DNA from: Eledone cirrhosa | Taxonomy: Eukaryota | Assembly (NCBI GenBank): GCA_964016885.1 | Contig: OZ024741.1 | Location: 315,890,001 to 315,954,000 of the forward strand | Direction of reading: 5' to 3' | Length of the DNA: 64,000 bases | Shown: one piece after another, positions 39,301 through 54,054 of the stretch | Position numbering within the stretch: position 1 is the stretch's first letter | How the letters are laid out: each line of letters begins with the position of its first letter | Notes under the pieces: generated by a model | The model's database searches: none | Told to the model about the DNA's origin: nothing | What the model saw: only the letters and a program-made list of their open reading frames with translations | Made by a program: the position numbers and the translations under genes

Positions 39301-42300
39301 TATCCTAGAGCACTAAATGTATAGTGTTATACAGTAAAGCTATCCTAGAGCACTAAATATATAGGCTTATACAGTAAAGCTATCCTAGAGCACTAAATAT
39401 ATAGTCTTATACAGTAAAGCTATCGTAGAGCACTAAATGTATAGTCTTATACAGTAAAGCTATCGTAGAGCACTAAATATATAGTCTTATACAGTAAAGC
39501 TATCGTAGAGCACTAAATGTATAGTCTTATACAGTAAAGCTATCCTAGAGCACTAAATATATAGGCTTATACAGTACAGCTATCGTAGAGCACTAAATGT
39601 ATAGTCTTATACAGTAAAGCTATCCTAGAGCACTAAATGTATAGTCTTATACAGTAAAGCTATCCTAGAGCACTAAATGTATAGTCTTATACAGTAAAGC
39701 TATCCTAGAGCACTAAATGTATAGTCTTATACAGTAAAGCCATCCTAGAGCACTAAATGTATAGTCTTATACAGTAAAGCTATCCTAGAGCACTAAATAT
39801 ATAGGCTTATACAGTAAAGCTATCGTAGAGCACTAAATTTACAGTCTTATACAGTAAAGCTATCCTAGAACACTAAATATATAGTCTTATACAGTAAAGC
39901 TATCGTAGAGCACTAAATGTATAGTCTTATTCAGTAAAGCTATCCTAGAGTACTAAATGTATAGTCTTATACAGTAAGGCTATCCTAGAGGACTAAATTT
40001 ACAGTCTTATACAGTAAAGCTATCCTAGAGCACTAAATATATAGGCTTATACAGTAAAGCTATCCTAGAGCACTAAATATAAAGGCTTATACAGTAAAGC
40101 TATCCTAGAGCACTAAATGTATAGTCTTATACAGTAAAGCTATCGTAGAACACTAAATGTATAGTCTTATACAGTAAAGCTATCCTAGAGCACTAAATGT
40201 ATAGTCTTATACATTAAAGTTATCCTAGAGCACTAAATATATATAGGCTTATACAGTAAAGCTATCCTAGAGCGCTAAATGTATAGTCTTATACAGTAAA
40301 GCTATCGTAGAGCATTAAAAATATAGGTTTATACAGTAAAGCTATCGTAGAGCACTAAATGTATTGTCTTATACAGTAAAGCTATCCTAGAGCACTAAAT
40401 ATATAGGCTTATACAGTAGAGCTATCCTAGAGCACTAAATGTATAGTCTTATACAGTAAAGCTATCGTAGAGCACTAAATGTATAGTCTTATACAGTAAA
40501 GCTATCCTAGAGCACTAAATGTATAGTCTTATACAGTAAAGCTATCCTAGAGCACTAAATATATAGGCTTATAGAGTAAAGCTGTCGTAGAGCACTAATT
40601 GTATAGTCTTATACAGTAAAGCTATCCTAGAGCACTAAATATATAAGCTTATACAGTAAAGCTATCGTAGAGCACTAAATGTATAGTCTTATACAGTAAA
40701 GCTATCCTAGAGCACTAAATGTATAGTCTTATACAGTAAAGCTATCCTAGAGAACTAAATGTATAGTCTTATACAGTAAAGCTATCCTAGAGCACTAAAT
40801 ATACAGGCTTATACAGTAAAGCTATCGTAGAGCACTAAATGAATAGTCTTATACAGTAAAGCTATCGTAGAGCACTAAATATATAGTCTTATACAGTAAA
40901 GCTATCCTAGAGCACTAAATATAAAGGCTTATACAGTAAAGCTATCCTAGAGCACTAAATGTATAGTCTTATACAGTAAAGCTATCGTAGAGCACTAAAT
41001 GTATAGTCTTATACAGTAAAGCTATCCTAGAGCACTAAATGTATAGTGTTATACAGTAAAGCTATCCTAGAGCACTAAATATATAGGCTTATACAGTAAA
41101 GCTATCCTAGAGCACTAAATATATAGTCTTATACAGTAAAGCTATCGTAGAGCACTAAATGTATAGTCTTATACAGTAAAGCTATCGTAGAGCACTAAAT
41201 ATATAGTCTTATACAGTAAAGCTATCGTAGAGCACTAAATGTATAGTCTTATACAGTAAAGCTATCCTAGAGCACTAAATATATAGGCTTATACAGTACA
41301 GCTATCGTAGAGCACTAAATGTATAGTCTTATACAGTAAAGCTATCGTAGAGCACTAAATGTATAGTCTTATACAGTAAAGCTATCCTAGAGCACTAAAT
41401 GTATAGTCTTATACAGTAAAGCTATCCTAGAGCACTAAATGTATAGTCTTATACAGTAGAGCTATCCTAGAGCACTAAATGTATAGTCTTATACAGTAAA
41501 GCTATCCTAGAGCACTAAATGTATAGTCTTATACAGTAAAGCTATCCTAGAGCACTAAATATATAGGCTTATACAGTAAAGCTATCGTAGAGCACTAAAT
41601 TTACAGTCTTATACAGTAAAGCTATCCTAGAACACTAAATATATAGTCTTATACAGTAAAGCTATCGTAGAGCACTAAATGTATAGTCTTATTCAGTAAA
41701 GCTATCCTAGAGTACTAAATGTATAGTCTTATACAGTAAGGCTATCCTAGAGGACTAAATGTATAGTCTTATACAGTAAAGCTATCCTAGAAAACTAAAT
41801 CTATAGTCTTATACAGTAAAGCTATCCTAGAGCACTAAATATATAGGCTTATACAGTAAAGCTGTCGTAGAGCACTAATTGTATAGTCTTATACAGTAAA
41901 GCTATCCTAGAGCACTAAATATATAAGCTTATACAGTAAAGCTATCGTAGAGCACTAAATGTATAGTCTTATACAGTAAAGCTATCCTAGAGCACTAAAT
42001 GTATAGTCTTATACAGTAAAGCTATCCTAGAGAACTAAATGTATAGTCTTATACATTAAAGTTATCCCAGAGCACTAAATATACAGGCTTATACAGTAAA
42101 GCTATCGTAGAGCACTAAATAAATAATCTTATACAGTAAAGCTATCGTAGAGCACTAAATATATAGTCTTATACAGTAAAGCTATCCTAGAGCACTAAAT
42201 ATAAAGGCTTATACAGTAAAGCTATCCTAGAGCACTAAATGTATAGTCTTATACAGTAAAGCTATCGTAGAGCACTAAATGTATAGTCTTATACAGTAAA

Positions 42301-45300
42301 GCTATCCTAGAGCACTAAATGTATAGTCTTATACAGTAAAGCTATCCTAGAGCACTAAATGTATAGTCTTATACAGTAGAGCTATCCTAGAGCAGTAAAT
42401 GTATAGTCTTATACAGTAAAGCTATCCTAGACCACTAAATATATAGTCTTATACAGTAAAGCTATCCTAGAGCACTAAATATAAAGGCTTATACAGTAAA
42501 GCTATCTTAGAGCACTAAATGTATAGTGTTATACAGTAAAGCTATCGTAGAGCACTAAATGTATAGTCTTATACAGTAAAGCTATCCTAGAGCACTAAAT
42601 GTATAGTCTTATACATTAAAGCTATCCTAGAGCACTAAATAAATAGGCTTATACAGTAAAGCTATCCTAGAGCACTAAATGTATAGTCTTATACAGTAAA
42701 GCCATCGTAGAGCAATAAAAATATAGGCTTATACAGTAAAACTATCGTAGAGCACTAAGTGTATTGTCTTATACAGTAAAGCTATCCTAGAGCACTAAAT
42801 ATATAGGCTTATACAGTAGAGCTATCCTAGAGCACTAAATGTATAGTCTTATACAGTAAAGCTATCCTAGAGCACTAAATGTATAGTCTTATACAGTAAA
42901 GCCATCGTAGAGCACTAAATGTATAGTCTTATACAGTAAAGCTATCCTAGAGCAGTAAATATATAGGCTTATACAGTAAAGCTATCGTAGAGCACTAAAT
43001 TTACAGTCTTATACAGTAAAGCTATCCTAGAACACTAAATATATAGTCTTATACAGTAAAGCTATCGTAGAGCACTAAATGTATAGTCTTATTCAGTAAA
43101 GCTATCCTAGAGTACTAAATGTATAGTCTTATACAGTAAGGCTATCCTAGAGGACTAAATTTACAGTCTTATACAGTAAAGCTATCCTAGAGCACTAAAT
43201 ATATAGGCTTATACAGTAAAGCTATCCTAGAGCACTAAATATAAAGGCTTATACAGTAAAGCTATCCTAGAGCACTAAATGTATAGTCTTATACAGTAAA
43301 GCTATCGTAGAACACTAAATGTATAGTCTTATACAGTAAAGCTATCCTAGAGCACTAAATGTATAGTCTTATACATTAAAGCTATCCTAGAGCACTAAAT
43401 ATATATAGGCTTATACAGTAAAGCTATCCTAGAGCGCTAAATGTATAGTCTTATACAGTAAAGCTATCGTAGAGCATTAAAAATATAGGTTTATACAGTA
43501 AAGCTATCGTAGAGCACTAAATGTATTGTCTTATACAGTAAAGCTATCCTAGAGCACTAAATATATAGGCTTATACAGTAGAGCTATCCTAGAGCACTAA
43601 ATGTATAGTCTTATACAGTAAAGCTATCGTAGAGCACTAAATGTATAGTCTTATACAGTAAAGCTATCCTAGAGCACTAAATGTATAGTCTTATACAGTA
43701 AAGCTATCCTAGAGCACTAAATATATAGGCTTATAGAGTAAAGCTGTCGTAGAGCACTAATTGTATAGTCTTATACAGTAAAGCTATCCTAGAGCACTAA
43801 ATATATAAGCTTATACAGTAAAGCTATCGTAGAGCACTAAATGTATAGTCTTATACAGTAAAGCTATCCTAGAGCACTAAATGTATAGTCTTATACAGTA
43901 AAGCTATCCTAGAGAACTAAATGTATAGTCTTATACAGTAAAGCTATCCTAGAGCACTAAATATACAGGCTTATACAGTAAAGCTATCGTAGAGCACTAA
44001 ATGAATAGTCTTATACAGTAAAGCTATCGTAGAGCACTAAATATATAGTCTTATACAGTAAAGCTATCCTAGAGCACTAAATATAAAGGCTTATACAGTA
44101 AAGCTATCCTAGAGCACTAAATGTATAGTTTATACAGTAAAGCTATCGTAGAGCACTAAATGTATAGTCTTATACAGTAAAGCTATCCTAGAGCACTAAA
44201 TGTATAGTGTTATACAGTAAAGCTATCCTAGAGCACTAAATATATAGGCTTATACAGTAAAGCTATCCTAGAGCACTAAATATATAGTCTTATACAGTAA
44301 AGCTATCGTAGAGCACTAAATGTATAGTCTTATACAGTAAAGCTATCGTAGAGCACTAAATATATAGTCTTATACAGTAAAGCTATCGTAGAGCACTAAA
44401 TGTATAGTCTTATACAGTAAAGCTATCCTAGAGCACTAAATATATAGGCTTATACAGTACAGCTATCGTAGAGCACTAAATGTATAGTCTTATACAGTAA
44501 AGCTATCGTAGAGCACTAAATGTATAGTCTTATACAGTAAAGCTATCCTAGAGCACTAAATGTATAGTCTTATACAGTAAAGCTATCCTAGAGCACTAAA
44601 TGTATAGTCTTATACAGTAAAGCTATCCTAGAGCACTAAATGTATAGGCTTATACAGTAAAGCTATCGTAGAGCACTAAATTTACAGTCTTATACAGTAA
44701 AGCTATCCTAGAACACTAAATATATAGTCTTATACAGTAAAGCTATCGTAGAGCACTAAATGTATAGTCTTATTCAGTAAAGCTATCCTAGAGTACTAAA
44801 TGTATAGTCTTATACAGTAAGGCTATCCTAGAGGACTAAATTTACAGTCTTATACAGTAAAGCTATCCTAGAGCACTAAATATATAGGCTTATACAGTAA
44901 AGCTATCCTAGAGCACTAAATATAAAGGCTTATACAGTAAAGCTATCCTAGAGCACTAAATGTATAGTCTTATACAGTAAAGCTATCGTAGAACACTAAA
45001 TGTATAGTCTTATACAGTAAAGCTATCCTAGAGCACTAAATGTATAGTCTTATACATTAAAGCTATCCTAGAGCACTAAATATATATAGGCTTATACAGT
45101 AAAGCTATCCTAGAGCGCTAAATGTATAGTCTTATACAGTAAAGCTATCGTAGAGCATTAAAAATATAGGTTTATACAGTAAAGCTATCGTAGAGCACTA
45201 AATGTATTGTCTTATACAGTAAAGCTATCCTAGAGCACTAAATATATAGGCTTATACAGTAGAGCTATCCTAGAGCACTAAATGTATAGTCTTATACAGT

Positions 45301-48300
45301 AAAGCTATCGTAGAGCACTAAATGTATAGTCTTATACAGTAAAGCTATCCTAGAGCACTAAATGTATAGTCTTATACAGTAAAGCTATCCTAGAGCACTA
45401 AATATATAGGCTTATAGAGTAAAGCTGTCGTAGAGCACTAATTGTATAGTCTTATACAGTAAAGCTATCCTAGAGCACTAAATATATAAGCTTATACAGT
45501 AAAGCTATCGTAGAGCACTAAATGTATAGTCTTATACAGTAAAGCTATCCTAGAGCACTAAATGTATAGTCTTATACAGTAAAGCTATCCTAGAGAACTA
45601 AATGTATAGTCTTATACAGTAAAGCTATCCTAGAGCACTAAATATACAGGCTTATACAGTAAAGCTATCGTAGAGCACTAAATGAATAGTCTTATACAGT
45701 AAAGCTATCGTAGAGCACTAAATATATAGTCTTATACAGTAAAGCTATCCTAGAGCACTAAATATAAAGGCTTATACAGTAAAGCTATCCTAGAGCACTA
45801 AATGTATAGTCTTATACAGTAAAGCTATCGTAGAGCACTAAATGTATAGTCTTATACAGTAAAGCTATCCTAGAGCACTAAATGTATAGTGTTATACACT
45901 AAAGCTATCCTAGAGCACTAAATATATAGGCTTATACAGTAAAGCTATCCTAGAGCACTAAATATATAGTCTTATACAGTAAAGCTATCGTAGAGCACTA
46001 AATGTATAGTCTTATACAGTAAAGCTATTGTAGAGCACTAAATATATAGTCTTATACAGTAAAGCTATCGTAGAGCACTAAATGTATAGTCTTATACAGT
46101 AAAGCTATCCTAGAGCACTAAATATATTGGCTTATACAGTACAGCTATCGTAGAGCACTAAATGTATAGTCTTATACAGTAAAGCTATCGTAGAGCACTA
46201 AATGTATAGTCTTATACAGTAAAGCTATCCTAGAGCACTAAATGTATAGTCTTATACAGTAAAGCTATCCTAGAGCACTAAATGTATAGTCTTATACAGT
46301 AGAGCTATCCTAGAGCACTAAATGTATAGTCTTATACAGTAAAGCTATCCTAGAGCACTAAATGTATAGTCTTATACAGTAAAGCTATCCTAGAGCACTA
46401 AATATATAGGCTTATACAGTAAAGCTATCGTAGAGCACTAAATTTACAGTCTTATACAGTAAAGCTATCCTAGAACACTAAATATATAGTCTTATACAGT
46501 AAAGCTATCGTAGAGCACTAAATGTATAGTCTTATTCAGTAAAGCTATCCTAGAGTACTAAATGTATAGTCTTATACAGTAAGGCTATCCTAGAGGACTA
46601 AATGTATAGTCTTATACAGTAAAGCTATCCTAGAAAACTAAATGTATAGTCTTATACAGTAAAGCTATCCTAGAGCACAAAATATATAACCTTATACAGT
46701 AAAGCTATCCTAGAGCACTAAATGTATAGTCTTATACAGTAAAGCTATCCTAGAGCACTAAATATATAGTCTTATACAGTAAAGCTATCCTAGAGCACTA
46801 AATATAAAGGCTTATACAGTAAAGCTATCCTAGAGCACTAAATGCATAGTCTTATACAGTAAAGCTATCGTAGAACACTAAATGTATAGTCTTATACAGT
46901 AAAGCTATCCTAGAGCACTAAATGTATAGTCTTATACATTAAAGCTATCCTAGAGCACTAAATATATAGGCTTATACAGTAAAGCTATCCTAGAGCACTA
47001 AATGTATAGTCTTATACAGTAAAGCTATCGTAGAGCATTAAAAATATAGGCTTATACAGTAAAGCTATCGTAGAGCACTAAATATATTGTCTTATACAGT
47101 AAAGCTATCGTAGAGCACTAAATGTATAGTCTTATACAGTAAAGCTATCCTAGAGCACTAAATATACAGGCTTATACAGTAAAGCTATCCTAGAGCACTA
47201 AATGTATAGTCTTATACAGTAAAGCTATCGTAGAGCACTAAATGTATAGTCTTATACAGTAAAGCTATCCTAGAGCACTAAATGTATAGTCTTATACAGT
47301 AAAGCTATCCTAGAGCACTAAATGTATAGTCTTATACAGTAGAGCTATCCTAGAGCACTAAATGTATAGTCTTATACAGTAAAGCTATCCTAGAGCACTA
47401 AATATATAGTCTTATACAGTAAAGCTATCCTAGAGCACTAAATATAAAGGCTTATACAGTAAAGCTATCCTAGAGCACTAAATGTATAGTCTTATACAGT
47501 AGAGCTATCGTAGAGCACTAAATGTATAGTCTTATACAGTAAAGCTATCCTAGAGCACTAAATGTATAGTCTTATACATTAAAGCTATCCTAGAGCACTA
47601 AATAAATAGGCTTATACAGTAAAGCTATCCTAGAGCACTAAATGTATAGTCTTATACAGTAAAGCTATCGTAGAGCATTAAAAATACAGGCTTATACAGT
47701 AAAACTATCGTAGAGCACTAAGTGTATTGTCTTATACAGTAAAGCTATCCTAGAGCACTAAATATATAGGCTTATACAGTAGAACTATCCTAGAGCACTA
47801 AATGTATAGTCTTATACAGTAAAGCTATCCTAGAGCACTAAATGTATAGTCTTATACAGTAAAGCTATCCTAGAGCACTAAATGTATAGTCTTATACAGT
47901 AAAGCTATCCTAGAGCACTAAATATATAGGCTTATACAGTAAAGCTATCGTAGAGCACTAAATTTACAGTCTTATACAGTAAAGCTATCCTAGAACACTA
48001 AATGTATAGTCTTATACAGTAAAGCTATCGTAGAGCACTAAATGTATAGTCTTATTCAGTAAAGCTATCCTAGAGTACTAAATGTATAGTCTTATACAAT
48101 AAGGCTATCCTAGAGGACTAAATGTATAGTCTTATACAGTAAAGCCATCCTAGAGCACTAAATATATAGGCTTATACAGTAAAGCTATCCTAGAGCACTA
48201 AATATAAAGGCTTATACAGTAAAGCTATCCTAGAGCACTAAATGTATAGTCTTATACAGTAAAGCTATCGTAGAACACTAAATGTATAGTCTTATACAGT

Positions 48301-51300
48301 AAAGCTATCCTAGAGCACTAAATGTATAGTCTTATACATTAAAGCTATCCTAGAGCACTAAATATATAGGCTTATACAGTAAAGCTATCCTAGAGCGCTA
48401 AATGTATAGTCTTATACAGTAAAGCTATCGTAGAGCATTAAAAATATAGGTTTATACAGTAAAGTTATCGTAGAGCACTAAATGTATTGTCTTATACAGT
48501 AAAGCTATCCTAGAGCACTAAATATATAGGCTTATACAGTAGAGCTATCCTAGAGTACTAAATGTATAGTCTTATACAGTAAAGCTATCCTAGAGCACTA
48601 AATGTATAGTCTTATACAGTAAAGCTATCCTAGAGCACTAAATGTATAGTCTTATACAGTAAAGCTATCCTAGAGCACTAAATATATAGGCTTATACAGT
48701 AAAGCTGTCGTAGAGCACTAATTGTATAGTCTTATACAGTAAAGCTATCCTAGAGCACTAAATATATAAGCTTATACAGTAAAGCTATCGTAGAGCACTA
48801 AATGTATAGTCTTATACAGTAAAGCTATCCTAGAGCACTAAATGTATAGTCTTATACAGTAAAGCTATCCTAGAGCACTAAATGTATAGTCTTATACAGT
48901 AAAGCTATCCTAGAGCACTAAATGTATAGTCTTATACAGTAGAGCTATCCTAGAGCACTAAATGTATAGTCTTATACAGTAAAGCTATCCTAGAGCACTA
49001 AATATATAGTCTTATACAGTAAAGCTATCCTAGAGCACTAAATATAAAGGCTTATACATTAAAGCTATCCTAGAGCACTAAATGTATAGTCTTATACAGT
49101 AGAGCTATCGTAGAGCACTAAATGTATAGTCTTATACAGTAAAGCTATCCTAGAGCACTAAATGTATAGTCTTATACATTAAAGCTATCCTAGAGCACTA
49201 AATAAATAGGCTTATACAGTAAAGCTATCCTAGAGCACTAAATGTATAGTCTTATACAGTAAAGCTATCGTAGAGCATTAAAAATACAGGCTTATACAGT
49301 AAAACTATCGTAGAGCACTAAGTGTATTGTCTTATACAGTAAAGCTATCCTAGAGCACTAAATATATAGGCTTATACAGTAGAGCTATCCTAGAGCACTA
49401 AATGTATAGTCTTATACAGTAAAGCTATCCTAGAGCACTAAATGTATAGTCTTATACAGTAAAGCTATCCTAGAGCACTAAATGTATAGTCTTATACAGT
49501 AAAGCTATCCTAGAGCACTAAATATATAGGCTTATACAGTAAAGCTATCGTAGAGCACTAAATTTACAGTCTTATACAGTAAAGCTATCCTAGAACACTA
49601 AATGTATAGTCTTATACAGTAAAGCTATCGTAGAGCACTAAATGTATAGTCTTATTCAGTAAAGCTATCCTAGAGTACTAAATGTATAGTCTTATACAGT
49701 AAGGCTATCCTAGAGGACTAAATGTATAGTCTTATACAGTAAAGCCATCCTAGAGCACTAAATATATAGGCTTATACAGTAAAGCTATCCTAGAGCACTA
49801 AATATAAAGGCTTATACAGTAAAGCTATCCTAGAGCACTAAATGTATAGTCTTATACAGTAAAGCTATCGTAGAACACTAAATGTATAGTCTTATACAGT
49901 AAAGCTATCCTAGAGCACTAAATGTATAGTCTTATACATTAAAGCTATCCTAGAGCACTAAATATATAGGCTTATACAGTAAAGCTATCCTAGAGCGCTA
50001 AATGTATAGTCTTATACAGTAAAGCTATCGTAGAGCATTAAAAATATAGGTTTATACAGTAAAGTTATCGTAGAGCACTAAATGTATTGTCTTATACAGT
50101 AAAGCTATCCTAGAGCACTAAATATATAGGCTTATACAGTAGAGCTATCCTAGAGTACTAAATGTATAGTCTTATACAGTAAAGCTATCCTAGAGCACTA
50201 AATGTATAGTCTTATACAGTAAAGCTATCCTAGAGCACTAAATGTATAGTCTTATACAGTAAAGCTATCGTAGAGCACTAAATATATAGTCTTATACAGT
50301 AAAACTATCCTAGAGCACTAAATATATAGGCTTATACAGTAAAGCTATCCTAGAGCACTAAATATATTGGCTTATACAGTAAAGCTATCGTAGAACACTA
50401 AATGTATAGTCTTATACAGTAAAGCTATCGTAGAGCACTAAATGTATAGTCTTATACAGTAAAGCTATCCTAGAGCACTAAATATAAAGGCTTATACAGT
50501 AAAGCTATCCTAGAGCTCTAAATGTATAGTCTTATACAGTAAGGCTATCCTAGAGCACTAAATATATAGTCTTATACAGTAAAGCTATCCTAGAGCACTA
50601 AATATATAGTCTTATACAGTAAAGCTATCCTAGAGCACTAAATGTATAGTCTTATACAGTAAGGCTATCCTAGAGCACTAAATATATAGTCTTATACAGT
50701 AAGGCTATCCTAGAGCACTAAATATATAGTCTTATACAGTAAAGCTAACCTAGAGCACTAAATATATAGTCTTATACAGTAAAGCTATCCTAGAGCACTA
50801 AATATATAGGATTATACAGTAAAGCTATCCTAGAGCACTAAATATATAGGCTTATACAGTAAAGCTATCCTAGAGCACTAAATGTATAGTCTTATACAGT
50901 AAAGCTATCCTAGAGGACTAAACGTATAGTCTTATACAGTAAAGCTATCCTAGAGCACTAAATGTATAGTCTTATACAGTAAAGCTATCCTAGAGCACTA
51001 AATATATAGGCTTATACAGTAAAGCTATCCTAGAGCACTAAATATCTAGGCTTATACAGTAAAGCTATCCTAGAGCACTAAATGTATAGTCTTATACAGT
51101 AAAGCCTATCGTAGAGCACTAAATATATAGGCTTATACAGTAAAGCTATCCTAGAGCACTAAATTTATAGTCTTATACAGTAAAGCTATCCTAGAGCACT
51201 AAATATATAGGCTTATACAGTAAAGCTATCGTAGATCACTAAATGTATAGTCTTATACAGTAAAGCTATCCTAGAGCACTAAATATATAGTCTTATACAG

Positions 51301-53245
51301 TAAAGCTATCCTAGAGCACTAAATATATAGGTTTATACAGTAAAGCTATCGTAGAGCACAAAATATATAGACTTATACAGTAAAGCTATCCTTGAGCACT
51401 AAATGTATAGTCTTATACAGTAAAGCTATCCTAGAGCACTAAATGTATAGTCTTATACAGTAAAGCTATCCTAGAGCACTAAATATATAGGATTATACAG
51501 TAAAGCTATCCTAGAGCACTAAATATATAGGCTTATACAGTAAAGCTATCCTAGAGCACTAAATGTATAGTCTTATACAGTAAAGCTATCCTAGAGGACT
51601 AAACGTATAGTCTTATACAGTAAAGCTATCCTAGAGCACTAAATATATAGTCTTATACAGTAAAGCTATCCTAGAGCACTAAATCTATAGTCTTATACAG
51701 TAAGGCTATCCTAGAGCACTAAATATTTAGTCTTATGCAGTAAGGCTATCCTAGAGGACTAAATATTCTAGTCTTATACAGTAAAGCTAACCTAGAGCAC
51801 TAAATATATAGTCTTATACAGTAAAGCTATCCTAGAGCACTAAATATATAGGATTATACAGTAAAGCTATCCTAGAGCACTAAATATATAGGCTTATACA
51901 GTAAAGCTATCCTAGAGCACTAAATGTATAGTCTTATACAGTAAAGCTATCCTAGAGGACTAAACGTATAGTCTTATACAGTAAAGCTATCCTAGAGCAC
52001 TAAATGTATAGTCTTATACAGTAAAGCTATCCTAGAGCACTAAATGTATAGTCTTATACAGTAAAGCTATCCTAGAGCACTAAATGTATAGTGTTATACA
52101 GTAGAGCTATCCTAGAGCACTAAATGTATAGTCTTATACAGTAAAGCTATCGTAGAGCACTAAATATATAGGCTTATACAGTAAAGCTATCCTAGAGCAC
52201 TAAATATCTAGGCTTATACAGTAAAGCTATCCTAGAGCACTAAATGTATAGTCTTATACAGTAAAGCTATCGTAGAGCACTAAATATATAGGCTTATACA
52301 GTAAAGCTATCCTAGAGCACTAAATGTATAGTCTTATACAGTAAAGCTATCCTAGAGCACTAAATATATAGGCTTATACAGTAAAGCTATCGTAGATCAC
52401 TAAATGTATAGTCTTATACAGTAAAGCTATCCTAGAGCACTAAATATATAGTCTTATACAGTAAAGCTATCCTAGATCACTAAATATATAGGTTTATACA
52501 GTAAAGCTATCGTAGAGCACAAAATATATAGACTTATACAGTAAAGCTATCCTTGAGCACTAAATGTATAGTCTTATACAGTAAAGCTATCCTAGAGCAC
52601 TAAATGTATAGTCTTATACAGTAAAGCTATCCTAGAGCACTAAATATATAGTCTTATACAGTAAAGCTATCCTAGAGCACTAAATATATAGTCTTATACA
52701 GTAAAGCTATCCTAGAGCACTAAATGTATCGTCTTATACAGTAAAGCTATCCTAGAGCACTAAATATATAGGCTTATACAGTAAAGCTATCGTAGAGCAC
52801 TAAATATATAGTCTTATACAGTAAAGCTATCCTAGAGTACTAAAATATAGTCTTATACAGTAAAGCTATCCTAGAGCACTAAATGTATAGTGTTATACAG
52901 TAGAGCTATCCTAGAGGACTAAATGTATAGTCTTATACAGTAAAGCTATCCTAGAGCACTAAATATATAGTCTTATACAGTAAAGCTATCCTAGAGCACT
53001 AAATGTATAGTCTTATACAGTAGAGCTATCCTAGAGGACTAAATGTATAGTCTTATACAGTAAAGCTATCCTAGAGCACTAAATATATAGTCTTATACAG
53101 TAAAGCTATCCTAGAGCACTAAATATATAGTCTTATACAGTAAAGCTATCCTAGAGCACTAAATATATAGTCTTATACAGTAAAGCTATCCTAGAGCACT
53201 AAATATATAGGCTTATACAGTAAAGCTATCCTAGAGGACTAAATG
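9371..53245. repeat. Satellite array, 40-bp monomer CAGTAAAGCTATC[C/G]TAGAGCACTAAAT[G/A]TATAG[T/G]CTTATA, ~1,100 head-to-tail copies
   Basis: Continuous 40-bp period over ~43.9 kb in a single orientation, with only occasional 1-2-bp indels and no ORF of 60 aa or more. Confidence 0.99.
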
Positions 53246-53424
53246 CCCAGGCACACTGTAGTTCTACTCTAGGACACTAAGTACCCAGACGCGGGCTTTT
53301 CCTATAACACTGGAAAGACTTGCAGTAAGCCGATATACAAATTGACCTTCAGTAGTTTCAACGATTAGTGCTTGATTTGTTCTATGAAATATCTATCTAG
53401 TGTTTGTCTGTGGATTGATTTAAG

Positions 53425-53620
53425 TATATGTCTACTTATCTATTTATCTACCTACATAACTATCTACTTAGCAAGCTAAATATATATGTATATATGTACC
53501 TATATATATGTATGTATGTTTGTATGCATACATCTATTTACGTGTGTATATGTATGTATGTCTGTATGCATGCTTATATATGTATGTGTATGTATATCTG
53601 TTTATACATGTATGTCTATA
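53425..53620. repeat. Degenerate (TATC)/(TATG)n tetranucleotide repeat
   Basis: Visible. Confidence 0.8.
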
Positions 53621-53867
53621 ACTCCTAAATAATAGCGTTAGATATATAAATAAAAATATACTGACTACAGTCATCATCATCAACGTAACCATCAACATCA
53701 ACAATATTAACGTTTACTATGTGGGAAATTGGTAGAAATGGAGATCTCTAGTTCTTTCGTCGCCATTTCTTATATTATTGTATATTTTTCTTTTCAACTA
53801 CTTCAATTGACCTCGAATTTATACGAAATATAAAATTAAACCTGAACTGACATTGAACTCAGGAAGG

Positions 53868-54045
53868 TAAGCCTCTTCATACGAAATCACTTGAATCCGT
53901 CCCAGTTTTTTTATGCGAAACTGTTTTAAAGTGTTTATATGTACCCCAAACTTTCCATTATATTATTAGATGAGAAGTTTTAGGTTTATGCTCCAAACAC
54001 CAGTTTAATAATGAGAACATTACTTATATTGTTAAATCTTTCAAA
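53868..54045. mobile_element. Possible degenerate MITE fragment
   Basis: ctgttttaaagtg...tttatgctccaaacaccagtttaataatga resembles a short TTAA-ended non-autonomous DNA element recalled from octopus sequence. No second copy or intact TIR pair in this window confirms it. Confidence 0.35.
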
Positions 54046-54054
54046 CTTCTTTCA

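Noticed and set aside
9371-53245. CRISPR-like array or coding repeat
   Set aside because: There are no unique spacers and no cas genes, the context is eukaryotic, and no ORF of 60 aa or more is listed in any frame.
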